This document shows positions 46,817 to 59,150 of a stretch of DNA of 64,000 nucleotides, piece by piece (position 1 is the first letter of the stretch; the number at the start of each line of letters is the position of its first letter). The stretch is from Microbotryum violaceum (taxonomy: Eukaryota): positions 1 to 64,000 of the forward strand of contig LN717261.1 in NCBI GenBank assembly GCA_001244265.2. The letters run 5' to 3'. A program made the translations under genes and the position numbers. The notes beneath the pieces are model-generated. The model ran no database searches. It was not told where the DNA came from and saw nothing but the letters and a program-made list of their open reading frames with translations.

Positions 46817-47222
46817 TTGCGGCCGACAAAAAAGTCCCACGAAAAAAGTCCCACGTCGTCCGTCAAGTCAGGTCAGCTCACGCTGTACGCCTACGTACCC
46901 GCCGAGGGTATGTTGTCCCCGATTTGGAGATGACACCGCGAGTGAGAGTGAACGGCGCGTCGGGGAGGGAGGGGGTGATTCGAACCAGCGCAGGGAAAGG
47001 GGGAAGGCGTAGGCTGGCGTAGGGGGGAATCCCCGCGAACACGTCAGCGCGAACGAGCTGGCGCGGGGCGGGGGGGGGGGAAAAAAGGGGGCAGAACTGG
47101 ATTAGATTGGATTAGACAAGATTAGGGTTGAAAAGTAGACGGATCGATCCGCGCTTGGCCTCTTCCTCTTGCCAGCCACCCCATCCAACTCCCACTCCAA
47201 CCTAACCCCCCCACAAAACACA

Positions 47223-48821
47223 ATGCAAGTCACCTCTCCTCCCCGCACCCCTCTATGTAGGAAAGAACCTTCGCGCTCAACACCCACCCCTCTTGTCTGC
47301 GCAGGTCTTGGTCCCCGTTTTTCGTCGCGATGGGCAACCCATTGCTCGACATGCAACTCACCGGAGAAGCCGCGCACGAGATGTTGACCAAGTATGCGCT
47401 CAAACCGAACGATGCCGTTTTGGCCGAAGGGAAACAGAACGAGATGTGAGTTGCGAGCTGCAGCAATCGACCACACTTTCGGGCTTTCGAGCGTTTTGCT
47501 GGCCCGATGCGGAGGTCGACGAACGTGGTGCCGGTCGCGCACGTTTCATCCAGGCGATGATGCACAGATCGGGCTCGGTCCGTCTAAAGCGTGCGTCTCT
47601 GATTAAAGCCCCACTTTCCACCAGCTACGAGGACCTGCGAAAGAACTACAAGGTGACCTACGTCGCTGGAGGTGCCGCGCAGAACTGTGCCCGCGGAGCT
47701 CAAGTACGTCACTCCACTCCACCAACCCCACTAACCCCACTAACCCCCAACTAGACTAACCCTTTTGGTCCTCGTAGTACGTTCTCCCCAATAATTCGAC
47801 CGCCTATCTCGGCGCGGTCGGCAAGGACGATCTCGCCGATCAACTTCGTGCCGCAAATGAAAAGGAGGGATTGGCGTCCTATTACCAGGTGGTCGAGGAT
47901 AAGCCCACGGGCGCGTGTGCGGTCATTATTACGGGACATGATCGGTGAGGTGCCCCATCCATCTGTGCAGGTGCAGTGCACCCAAAGCGCGCCCAGGCCT
48001 GCAAACCTCCACCGTTCTCCTCCTCTCCGGTATTCACCCCACTAAACGCCACCTTCTTTCCCCCACTCCACCAGCTCCCTCTGCACCACTCTAGGAGCCG
48101 CCGAATCCTTCTCCCCCTCCCACCTCGACACACCCAAAGTCAAGTCCCTCATCGACAACGCCAAATTCTTTTACCTCGGTGGTTTCTTCCTCACCCATGG
48201 ACTCGAATCCGCCTTAAAGTTGGCCAAATTGGCCGTACAAAATGACAAAGTCAGTCTTTTTGAACTAAAAGTCAAATCTGAACCGTTGTACTGAAAACTG
48301 AAAACTGAAACGTTCGGTTTTAATTCTTCTCACTTTCCGTTCTTCGCCAGCCTTTCACGATGAACCTTTCAGCCCCCTTCATTCCACAATTCTTCAAATC
48401 CCAACTCGACCAAATACTTCCTTACGTTTCCATTCTAATCGGTAACGAAGCCGAAGCCGAATCCTACGCCCTTTCTCACGATTGGGAAAATCCCAAAGAG
48501 ATCAAATCAGTCGCTTTAAAACTAAGTCAAATCGAATCCAAGACGAATAAAAAAGGTAGAATCGTCGTCATCACTCAAGGGAGTGAACAAACGATCGTAG
48601 CCAAGGAAGGAAAGATCCAACTTTTCAACGTGGCTAAATTGGATGAATCAAAGATAGTGGATACGAATGGAGCGGGGGACGCTTTCGCAGGTGGTTTTTT
48701 GGGTGCTTATGCGAGTGGTAAATCTTTGGAGGAAAGTATTGAGGTGGGTCATCGATTGGGAGCGATGAATGTTCAACTTATTGGGCCAACTTTCAAGTTC
48801 CCCAAAGAAAAGGTCATGTAA
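47223..48821 (+). CDS. ADO1: Adenosine kinase (PfkB family), multi-exon
   Basis: MGNPLLD, YVAGGAAQNCARG, YLGAVGKD, PTGACAV, YLGGFFL, MNLSAPFIPQFF, IGNEAEA, VDTNGAGDAFAGGF. Confidence 0.96.
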
Positions 48822-49051
48822 AAGAAGGGGAGGGTGTGCAAACACTCTGTTGCTTTTTTTTTTTTTTTGCACCCGGAAAGGATAGCTCTCGGTTTTGACC
48901 CTAGATGATGGACCTCGAACAAGAATTCAACCTATTGCATCGTCTGTAATCGAGCTCAACCTCGCAACGAATTCGTTTTCTCTTTTGAGAGAGTATACGG
49001 CACGGGGGGTCCCTGATTCGCATCGGGACAATCCCAACTTACAACCACTTG

Positions 49052-49088
<37 letters not shown>

Positions 49089-49338
49089 ATCTCAAGTTGA
49101 CAACTCTCACCTCGAGTGCAAGATCATGACCGGAAAAGAAAAGGGGAAAAAACATCTTATCTTTTTTTTTTTGTTCATATCAGTACACTCCCGCATCAAC
49201 TCCCTACTTTTCTCAACCCACCCCACCCCCACCCCACACCCCGTCAGGATCCCTTTCCCTCACCTCTTTCGACTTCAACCAACGACAAATCAATCATCAA
49301 AACCAAAAAACCAAAAAAAAAGAAAAAAAAAACTCAAA

Positions 49339-52300
49339 TCAAACGACCAAACTCCAACTCCTCCCCGCCTCCAAGCACCTAACGACGAACCCACCTTCTT
49401 CCCAACCTTCCGCCAACCTCATCAACCCACTCATAAACGACGTAATTTTAAAAGCGTCCAACTCGATCAACAAACGTACGAATTCCCTGAACCAACCTTC
49501 GATCCAAAAACCAGTCCAATCGTCCAATTTCCTCGCTTCAGGAAGAAGGTTCGAAAAATGTTCAAGAACGTTCAATAAACAATTCGAAAGATCTTCATTT
49601 TGCGTGCTCAACTGAGTTCGAGCGAGACTGATTTCAGTCGTATCGACGACGACGACGACGACGCCAATCGAATCATTAACTTCCATCGTTGAATCTTCCA
49701 GATCGTTATTGTTGTTATTCGAACCAAGTTGTTCTCTTGCTCGATGAGTATCCGCTTCGGTGAGTAAACCTTCTAAACGACCTTGAGCAGCTTTGACTCG
49801 TCCTTTAAGAGTCGAAATCGTCGCGTTTAGAGCTAGCCAATCGTCCATATCGGACCAAACTCCATTCCGAGTCGGGTCGAAAACCCAACTAATCACGTCC
49901 GCTCCGTCGACTAGACGATACTGCAACAACTTGTCGAGTACGATCAAATGGAATTGTCGATGATGCGTCCAAAATTTCGCTACCGATTTGAGCAATTCCG
50001 AACGAGTCGAAACGGAAGGTGTCAAGTTTCGAAGTAAAACGAGGTACCTTTCCAGCACGTTGAGGAAATGCGAAAACGAGCGTGAACCGATCGAGAGAAT
50101 CGATTGTACGGTCATGTCGAGGATCAAGGCTCGTGATTCGTCGGCTGTCAAAGTATGATCCGTTTGGAGCGTTGCATCGATCCCTTTCAACTCGGTCTCG
50201 ATCTGACTCGTCGAAGCTTTGGCACGTAAGAGATCGAAAATCCGTCCCGCTAGAGCGGCATAAGGTGACGCATTCTCGACAGCCACCAGATCTTGCGAAT
50301 CAGGTCGATCGTATTGATAATTCGGTCCGGGTGCTACCTCTGCGACGACTCCCTTTTCCAACATCGCATCAGGGATCGTATCCTTGATACGCTCAAAGTA
50401 AGAAAGGCGAACTTCAAGCTCGATGACGCGTTGAACGAAAATCCTCTTCGGGTGTTGATGATCGATCTCCATATCCGCAGCCCAGTCCTTCCAACCCCAA
50501 GCGAAACCGAAATTACTGAGATGCATAGAGAACCATTCGGTGAAGCGTCGAATGCCTTCGGCGTCGAGTACGGGGTTACCCGCATCAGCTTCGTTACCGA
50601 GACCGGCATAGAGTCGTCGAATACATCGACCGAGCGCGGGACCAATTGTCGCGGGTGCTTCGCGGCAAAGTTCAGTCAGGAGCGAGTGGTAGTAAGCTGG
50701 AGGGAGGGTCGATCTCGGCATGGCAAAGAGGGAGGTGAGGATTGACTGTGTGCGAAGTGAACGATTCAACAAGTCAGTCGCTCGGATCATCACGGCCTCC
50801 ATACCATACTCCCCAGATGGAAAACCCACCTCTACGACGAGATGCTCAATCACCCATTCCGAACTTTTCTCCTCCACCGCGTCCCTCTCCCTATCGACCT
50901 CTTGCTCGAATTCGTCCCGCCTCTGCTCGTCGTCCTCGCCGTCCCGCTTCTTTGGCGCATTATCGCTCTTGAACGTGCGCGGCGTGAACCACCTCGGTAA
51001 TTCCATCAACAACTTGGCCGCTTCTTTACGATTATGTTCATACAAGTTGATGATGTCAAAGATGAGCGAACGAATGATGGCGCCGGAGGGGTCGTACGTT
51101 TCGGGTACGGTCTATTTGCGAAAGGGGGCGAAAGAGAGAGAGAGAGAGTGAGTGAGTCAGCTTTGCGATCGAAGATGATCATCCCATCTTAAAAGCTCTC
51201 ACTCACCTCGTCATCGAACAAGGTCAAATAAACCCGAAGACCCTCATATCCAACGCCTTCATCACCCTTCAGCCCCGTATTCGGCGGCGGTACTTCGATC
51301 AATCTCGACAACTCGTCCTTGTCCAACTCGGCGGGTACGACGATCTCGGGCAAGTCGACCGTTTCGTTCGTCAGATCGTTCCTGAGGCGAGAACTAATGG
51401 GGTAGGTGGGAAGGACGTGAAGGGTTGATTTGGTGACGAGGCAAGAGACGAGTGATTCGAGACGATCTTCGAACTGAGAGGTCGTTTCGGGATCCCCAAA
51501 GAGCTCCTTTTCAAGCTTGCGACGGGCGAGGTAGAGGTCGACAGCGTCTCGAAGGGTTTCGTCATCATCCGAGCTGATACTCGTGGCTCGCAGAAGGGTC
51601 TCGGCGATGATGCGAGCGCATTCGTCGCCTCGGGAAGCGCGGAGACCGGCTTCGCCTAGTACGGCTGCGAAGGGCTGGAGCAGAGCAAGCAGGGACGAGA
51701 CCTTGACGACGGGCACGATGGGAGCGGGGATCGAGGTCAAATGCGCAAAGACGCACATGGTGTAGCGAACGTTGCGCCACTTGCGTTGGTCGAGCCAGAG
51801 TTGTAGCGCCTTGCCGAGGTCGGCGATGATGGCGTGGCCGGCGTTGACGGGTTTGGGCTCGGGTTCGGCGGGTGCCACTGCGGTCGTATCATCGGTCGTA
51901 CCTTTCTTGGTCTCGGTCGCTCCATCAGCTTGGGTCTGCATGTTTGCGTCGGACGTCTCGTCCTGGACGGTCGTGGAGTCGTCCGTCGCGGCGGCTGGGG
52001 TGGGAGCAGGAGCGGGAGCGGGAGCGGCGGCGACGTTGCCATCTGCATCGACGACGGGTTTGGCGGGCAACGTCACGCGTGACGGCAGAGCTCTAAGCAC
52101 CCTTCCGGGATGGGATCCGGACGGGGTGATGCGATCGGCAAGAGTGACTTGGGGGACATAAGGCGTGGTCAGTCGGGCGATGAGGTTTGCATAGTGGGGC
52201 AACTTGTGCGGCAATTCAGTCACGCTGAGAGGAGCAGACGGTCACGAAGCGGATCTTAGTCAAGCAAATACGTATACCGTTTCGGTGAGTTTTGGGGCAC

Positions 52301-52889
52301 ACTCACGCGACGCGGAATGCAGCAAAGACGGTGTCGGGATCTTTGGCAAAGACGATGTGCGTCGCATCGGCAAAGTTGGCCAGATCCTGAGGCGAGTACT
52401 AGTGTCAGTCTGAGGCACCATTATGCGAACCCCCCAACACAGCTGGACTGACCTCGTGGTGTGGCATGTTCCACAGGCGCTGCTTGTACAGTTCCTGCTG
52501 GGCACGCGGGGAAGGGTGCTGCGGTCGTTGCGGCGAGTAGTAATACTGTCCCGGGTCGTTACCGCGTCGTCGAGCATAGTGACGAGAATCGTCGTCGTCG
52601 TCTAGTAAAGCAAACAGTGTACGAGGGAGCGCTTAGTACGGTTCGACCTCGTTCGGATAGGATCCCAAGCCCAAGCCCAAGCCTAGTCGTCACTCACCTC
52701 GTCCTCGTTTCCCTCCTGCCCCAACTCCACCGTGGTAATACGATCCACCTCCGCCAGCCTGATTGTAGGAGCGACCTCCGCCGTTGTAGCTCTGTGCGAG
52801 TGGAGCGGGAGCGAGAGGTCGAGCGGGTCAGGTACGAGCAAGCAGTGATCGAGCAGCGAGCAGCGAGCAGCGGTGATAACGCTTACCAT
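49339..52889 (-). CDS. CBP80: Nuclear cap-binding complex large subunit (CBP80/NCBP1), multi-exon
   Basis: ATG-only first coding exon (ATG|GTAAGC), N-terminal Gly-rich GKRGR NLS, TELPHKLPHYA, FTEWFSMHLSNFGFAWGWKDW, LEVRLSYFERIK, GSRSFSHFLNVLERY, DKLLQY (MIF4G-like domains). Confidence 0.93.
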
Positions 52890-53476
52890 AGCTTCCGAGA
52901 TTAGATTGACCGGCTACAGTGGGATACACACCAGCAGTCGAGCAAGCACCACCGAGAGCAAGGAGGGAGTGTGGGTTGGGGGGAGAACCGAGACGAGAAG
53001 CGCCAACGGGGTACGCCGCGCCTCCGCTTTCAGCTTGATCGCGCTGAGCTTCTGAGTCCAGCTTTTGTTTACTTGGTCAGTAACAGCATAATTATGTTAA
53101 TACCTAGAAATCTTCGGAAAAGTCGGAGGGAATGCTTTTACGCGCACTGGTAGAAGCCAGTGTAGGACTCATTGACCCTGAATCAGGATCAACCATACGT
53201 ACAAAAAAAACCCTTGGGTGGCTTACAGAGACGCAACGCGAATAGACGCTCGAAGCTCCTCGAATTCCGTCTCGGTGATCGGTTCCCGGCCAAAGGATCC
53301 GACGAGAATCGGCGACGGCGACAGAGCTTCCAGATCGAGTGGGGGAAGAAGACTCGTAGTTCGACAAGTCGACGTTCCGAGCGAGACACGCCACGAAATC
53401 CGGTGTGGAATCGGGGACAGAGCAGACCAGAGACGATGGGCAAAAGGGCAGCCCACCACGAGGGGGAAATATATTC

Positions 53477-55723
53477 TTAGCTTCTGTCAGACTTTCCGTT
53501 GATGACGACCCTCATACAGCCGATTGGTGTGCAGTAGTAAGCAGAGAGTTGATCCTTGAAACCCGAGTTCGTTCGCAGGATGTGAGTGTCGTAGTCGTTC
53601 TCCGTCATCTCGTCATGATATCCGGACGCAGTCGTGGCATCAATAGGGACCCGGCGACGTTGACATTGCTGCGCTACGCCCTTGGAAAGATCGTTTGAAA
53701 CCGCGAGAAGCATACCGAGAGGAAGTTCGACCTTGGTGTCGTTGAGGACGTGTTCCAGAGCCGACGCGACCGAAAAACCCTGTGAGACAGGAGTGCGCAG
53801 CATACTTTGAGCAGCCCGGCGACGAGTAGTGGATGTTGCGTTCGTAGCGGCCGATACTTCCGTCATTTCCTCATCCCTCAACGGCGCCTCCGATGCTTCC
53901 ACCTTGACCTTCCCTACTTCCTTCGCCAACGGATCGAACGAAACACGAGGTGGGGTTGAAACAGGGCAAGGTTCACCACGAACAGTTTTGTCCTTCTCCA
54001 CCTTCTCCGCCGCACGCTTCTTCGCCGCCTCTTCGTAAGGTCCATTGGGAGTGCGCGCACGGACCTGTCGGGACGCCGCGTAAACATCGAAAGGGGCTTC
54101 GTCCTCATCCCGCTCGTCCGCCGAAGAGAAGAATCCAACGTTCGTGCGCATCGCCGATCCCGTTCCTTGACCGTCCTGTCCCATCGATCCATTTCCTCCC
54201 CGGTTCGCACCGTTCCTCTGCTCCAAACCCTTCTCCCACGCATCCCAAAGAGCCTCATACGTCGGCATCCCCTCCGGCAAACGGTGCGGCAATGGACACT
54301 CGCGACCCCGGAAATAATACCTCCCCGATTCTCCTTCAGTCACGTCCCCCTTCGACTTACGTTCCAGGACCTTAGGACAGGCGCGAGTCGGATGACCTCC
54401 AAGTCCGCAACCACGACAGTCGAGTCCAGGATTACGAGGCGTATAGGGAGTTGCATTGGCGCCAGTAGCGTACCCGTTGGGTCGAGGCTGTCCCCCTCGC
54501 ATGTTCGCGTCCGGTCCTCCTCCATAGCCAAAGCCTTGAGAACCCCTCTGAGCTTGCCCTTGGTTACCAGATTGCCCCTGCTGAGGACCCTGAACCTTAC
54601 CGCCGTACAAAGAGCCAGGTTGTTGGAAGCGAGCAAACTCCTGCTTCATCGTTGCCAGTTCCTGCGACATCGTCGTCGTGTTCACAACCAAGCGGCGAAA
54701 GTCGTTGATGAAGTCGTCCGGCAGACTCGAGCTCCTCGATCCATTGTCCTCCGGTCCCGCTCCTGATCGACTCCTGGAAGACAAGGCTGATCGCGTGGCA
54801 GTCGATGGCGTGGACTCTGACTCCTGACGACGAATGAAGGATAGGGGCAATCCCGAGAAACGAACACTCCTAGGCGCGGGACTGGGCGACCTGTCGTTGC
54901 GCCACCTATCCCTGCGATCCTCGGCCTCTTCTTCCGAGTCTGAGTCCGAATCGTAGAAGTCCCTCCTGCGGGTATCCCTTCCTCGACGCGACGTACGACC
55001 TCCTCCTCTGAGCAGCTTGAGCATCTCTCCATACAACTCCCCGATACGAAGCTCTCGAGGGTATTTCAGGTCATCCTCCTTTTGCTTCTTCCTGATCTCC
55101 ACCATCTCAGCGCTTGTGACTCGCCAGCCGGTTGCCGCCTCCCGGTCTCTGGCCATTTGCTCCACCGAAGGAAGAAGGGAACGCGCCAATTCACGAAGCG
55201 ACTCGTACTCCTTTACCAGCTCTCTAGGCAAACCTTCGAGGAACAGCGATGACTCACTCTGCCACGAGAGGACCTCTTTCTTCACCAGGGGCTCGGAGTG
55301 ACGCTTGAAGCGGCGGTAGTAGTCATCCAGGTCCTGCCGAGTCCTGATCTTCCTCCGTCCCTCCAACTGACGATCAATCACCTTATATAGACGGTCCGGC
55401 CAATCGTCATCGTCCCCTTCCCCAAACTCCTCAACCATCCTTTCCTTCACCCCCTCCCAGTTCAAATTCCTAAACTCATCCCATTCCTCAATCAATCGCA
55501 TGAAACGATGAGGCACCACATTGTGAAGATGTTTGCAGTACATCTCAGAGGTCGTGAAGCGCGCGCTAAATAGGGGCTCATACTCCCTCAAGAACTTCTC
55601 CGCGTTACGGCCATTCAACGGGTACGCAACATTCCTCGCTAAGTAAGGGGTTGCAAGGGTTGCCAATGTTTCCGACGAGAACGAAACGCTGAGACTGGAG
55701 ACGAGAGACGAGACTTGAAACAC
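53477..55723 (-). mobile_element. Gypsy-type gag remnant (748-aa ORF), truncated just before the protease
   Basis: NGRNAEKFLREYE capsid-like start and a CRGCGLGGHPTRAC CCHC knuckle. It ends at MRVVINGK, where the aspartic protease motif would follow. No pol and no LTR pair found. Confidence 0.75.
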
Positions 55724-56089
55724 ACAGAAAGTGAGAACCAGCTAAGACGCTGAATTCGATCCTCCAAGTTGTTTGCCTAAGAACAAGAAGCGAACTCCCC
55801 TCCGACGCCAGGACACTCCAATCCCTCCGGGCCAGCTTCCTCCTCTTTTCCGACACTCGGCCCTCCGATCACGCCATACTTCGTCCTGAACTTTTGTCCG
55901 CTCATGTGGCGCTAGGCCGAGTTAGCCGAATCTGCACTTCCCGACTAGGCGACTCCAGCCCGATCCCTGAGACCACCGAATTAGCCGTCGCCCGCGTGAC
56001 CCGAGTATTCTGATTCAGCCGACGAGATCAGGAGTCCCATCTCATTTCCGACTTTGCTGCACGCGACGGGATCCCGAGTACCACAGGCC

Positions 56090-56470
56090 TCCACCGCGTC
56101 TTGTTATGACCGAGCATAGACTTGGGGCTTCGTGGGTCAGGGTAGTTGCGCAGTCGCTCTCCTGTCTTTGTTTCGACCGAGTTGGGAAGTGAATGCGGGG
56201 TGGGCCTCTTGTCGTTAGTAAATCGTTTTATTACTCTTTCCCTACCTCTCTCTCTCTCTCCTTCTCTCTCTCATTCGTCTCCTGGGGGGGAGCAACCGCT
56301 TGGCTGGGGCACTTGAACCCCAAGTATCGGAATGGTGGATTTGGCCCGTTTCTCGCATCTTGCGGGCGCTTTGTGTTATCATCGTCGACTTCCATCTAGT
56401 TTTTCCGTAGGCCAATCAGGGGGAACAGGAATTGGGGGTAATATGATGAAAAGTATCTACCAAAAAAAAA
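56090..56470 (+). mobile_element. 3' end of a non-LTR retroposon with a poly(A) tail (copy 2)
   Basis: Homologous to the reverse complement of 24640-25045. Ends TCTACC-A9, followed by a long G tract. Confidence 0.7.
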
Positions 56471-57943
56471 GAAGGGGGGGGGGGGGGGGGGGGGGAACTC
56501 CTTCCGGTGGAATGGGAAAAATCCAAGTCGACGCGAAGTTGAGAGAGCATACACTTGAAATGCCCACTTCTTGCCACATCACAGAGCGCACGATTCAAAA
56601 CATTGTTCAAAAGAGGGCCAGGTAGCCATGTAGGAGTCCGATCACCACACCAGCTCTGCAACCTGCTTCATCCGAATGCAATCAAGTTGAAGAACTGCGT
56701 AGTTCAATAGCCGAGCTTCTATCACGAAGGACAAAGATAGGAGGGTTCACTGCACCCGGGCGAAGGCGCGAGAGACGAGGCGCGAGAGACGAGGGACGAG
56801 TCGATACATGTTTTTACATGGTTTAGGTAATTCTCAAGAGAGGCACGAGAGCAGTGATGTGACGTTCAGCGAGATTCGAATGGCATAAACGGAAGAGAGA
56901 AGCGAGTTACAAACCCGGGGGAGCCTAGCTAGCGATGATGCAGGGGCCGGGACGCGGGCTGTTTGTATTGCGAAACTGTATGTGCAACCACACCAACTGA
57001 ACTGAGACGCTTTGAGCATCAGAGCCCCTTCTCACAAGCCATTCCGTATGATCCGCCACGCATGAGCAGATATGATTAACGTTTAGACTCGGAGCCTTCT
57101 GTATGGTCCACCTCTCGAAGTCGGACTTGACTGGCCCATATGAAATCTGGGCAAGAGCGACGATCACCCAAACGGAGATCCGAATGATGGTTCGAATAGC
57201 CAAAATTCGTTTGGAGTACGGAGAAGATAGAATGGTGGCAATGGGGGTCGAATTGTCTAGGTGCGGGAGCGGAGAGCGAGAGAGAAAGAGAACCAGAACG
57301 AGGGAGGGCCGGCGGAACAAAAGGCCGAACTGACGAGTACTGCAAAGACGCGAGGAAGGTGTATCTCACATTATAGCTCTCCGAATTTTGACGGGCAGCA
57401 CAGGACAATCCACTACGCCAGATACCTGTGTAGCCCTTGTAGCGTGGCCTCACTGCGGCACTGATGCCCCGAATCTCACTCTCCGCTCGAGCTCTGTGTC
57501 GACCTCCTTTCACCACACCGCACCCACGTCCGACTCCCTCCAGTTTAGCAGAGCTCCGGCGGGCTCACCTGCCTGCTCAACCCCCTTTGTGCCACCACAA
57601 ACAAGTTCACGATGTGTCGCTCCGGCCTACTTTTCTAACACGTGTCAAGTTGAAGGGCCCGGGCGGCCACCTCCGCGACTGGTACGTGAAATGCTATGAC
57701 CTCTCGGGTTGCCAAAAAGGGGCGGGATATATTTTGAAGAAGCAAAAAATAGGTGCGAAACAAGAAGCAGAAGTTGGTGAAGGATAAGCGAGAAAAAGGG
57801 AGACCGAATGCACAAGGCCAAGATCCAGGAGATCCTTATCGCGCCCGCTCGTAATGAGGACAACATTGATCGAGTTGAGATCCAAATTCGAGGGTGTTGA
57901 CGAGCCGCTAGACGGTGAATGAGAGATGCTCGCGTTGTTGTAG

Positions 57944-59150
57944 TCACGCACATCCCACCGGGGCCTTAGTGGTTAGCGATCCTGTAGTTGTTGGGGCACG
58001 TGATCCCCACCCGTCAGCTCACAGTCTTCTGTTCGCCTAGCGTCCGTCCTGCACAAAACAACTTACCAACTTCACGGGGATTTTTACACCTCTGGCATCG
58101 TTTGAGAAGTGAAGCCGTCGAGTCGACATGAGCTGTTCAGAAAGATACAATGCGATGTAGCATGGGGTTAATAAACTCGGACTGCACACGCTGTCTGTAT
58201 ATTTGAAAGCTGTCTCGGGCTCTTCCACAAGCCTACTCACATCTTCCGAGACAGGCGCTGTAACTGGAGTACCACGTCTGGCTTGTGCAAACGCAGTCCT
58301 TCATGTAAGCTTGGAGATTTGTGTAGGTGTGATCCTCTGAAGGGTCGACAGGCGTACTTTGGGACGCCCTTTGCTTCTGGTAGCAGCTGTTGGAGTGGTT
58401 GTCCTGCATGTTGATTCAAATGAACCGTTTCCTTGTCAAAAATGATCCTTCGCCCCGCCTCACCAATTCTGCTTGTTCGCTCACCGCTAGGTCTGCCACG
58501 TAAGCACATTCATCGCAACCTGGGATTTCCGGCGTTGGCGCCTCTATCGATGAAAAGTGAGACAAAAAACATGAGAACGAAGGTAATCGAAATCTTGCAG
58601 CTAGCGCTTGGAAATGTCATAGGTCTCACTCGATCTGAACAAGTCTGCCTTGGTACAAACCGAGCAGCGGCTCGAAAGACGCGGGTATATCGCGATTGGA
58701 TTTACTGCGTGGCACCAGCAGTAGTGCATATCGTCAGTTTCATTCGGGGAAAGATCAACATGGGTGATTTACCTTCCATGATGCAATTTTTATAGAACTT
58801 GAGCCAATTTTTGTTCGTGCAGAAACAGTCCCGCAAATAGATGTACTTGTTGGTGGGCAGGCTCCAGGTCGCTGCGTTTAATGGATTATAGCCCGGCCTC
58901 CAGAGCGGCGATTCACTCGCGAGCTGGTTCTTTTGCAGACATGTTGTCCAATCCTTAGGGGCTAATTTGGAAGTCGCGAAGTCAACCTTTGGTACCATGG
59001 GGATGAGACGAGTCAATGACCCTTTCCAAGCTGCATGGATGCCACCTCACTATTAACCAGACGGCTCGCTTGCTTTTCGCACGACTCCACGGCGAGGACC
59101 TCGGCTATAGCGAGCGCGGCGATCGCAAAGAGGAAGACACGGACTAGCAT
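57944..59150 (-). CDS. Secreted Cys-rich protein with two tandem 8-Cys modules (candidate effector), 7 exons, 229 aa
   Basis: Exons 59150-59051, 58961-58773, 58704-58630, 58543-58485, 58403-58241, 58132-58067 and 57981-57944 are all GT-AG and total 690 nt in frame. Signal peptide MLVRVFLFAIAALAIAEVLA. Module 1: YLRDCFCTNKNWLKFYKNC..RCSVC..PGC. Module 2: YMKDCVCTSQTWYSSYSAC..KRCQRC..VGCA*. Confidence 0.82.

Noticed and set aside
48895-49578. 227-aa Lys-rich ORF
   Set aside because: Produced by poly-A tracts and the antisense of the CBP80 3' end.
56900-57800. A third Cys-rich secreted gene
   Set aside because: Scattered Cys-containing ORFs, but no signal peptide, no 8-Cys spacing and no coherent splice model.
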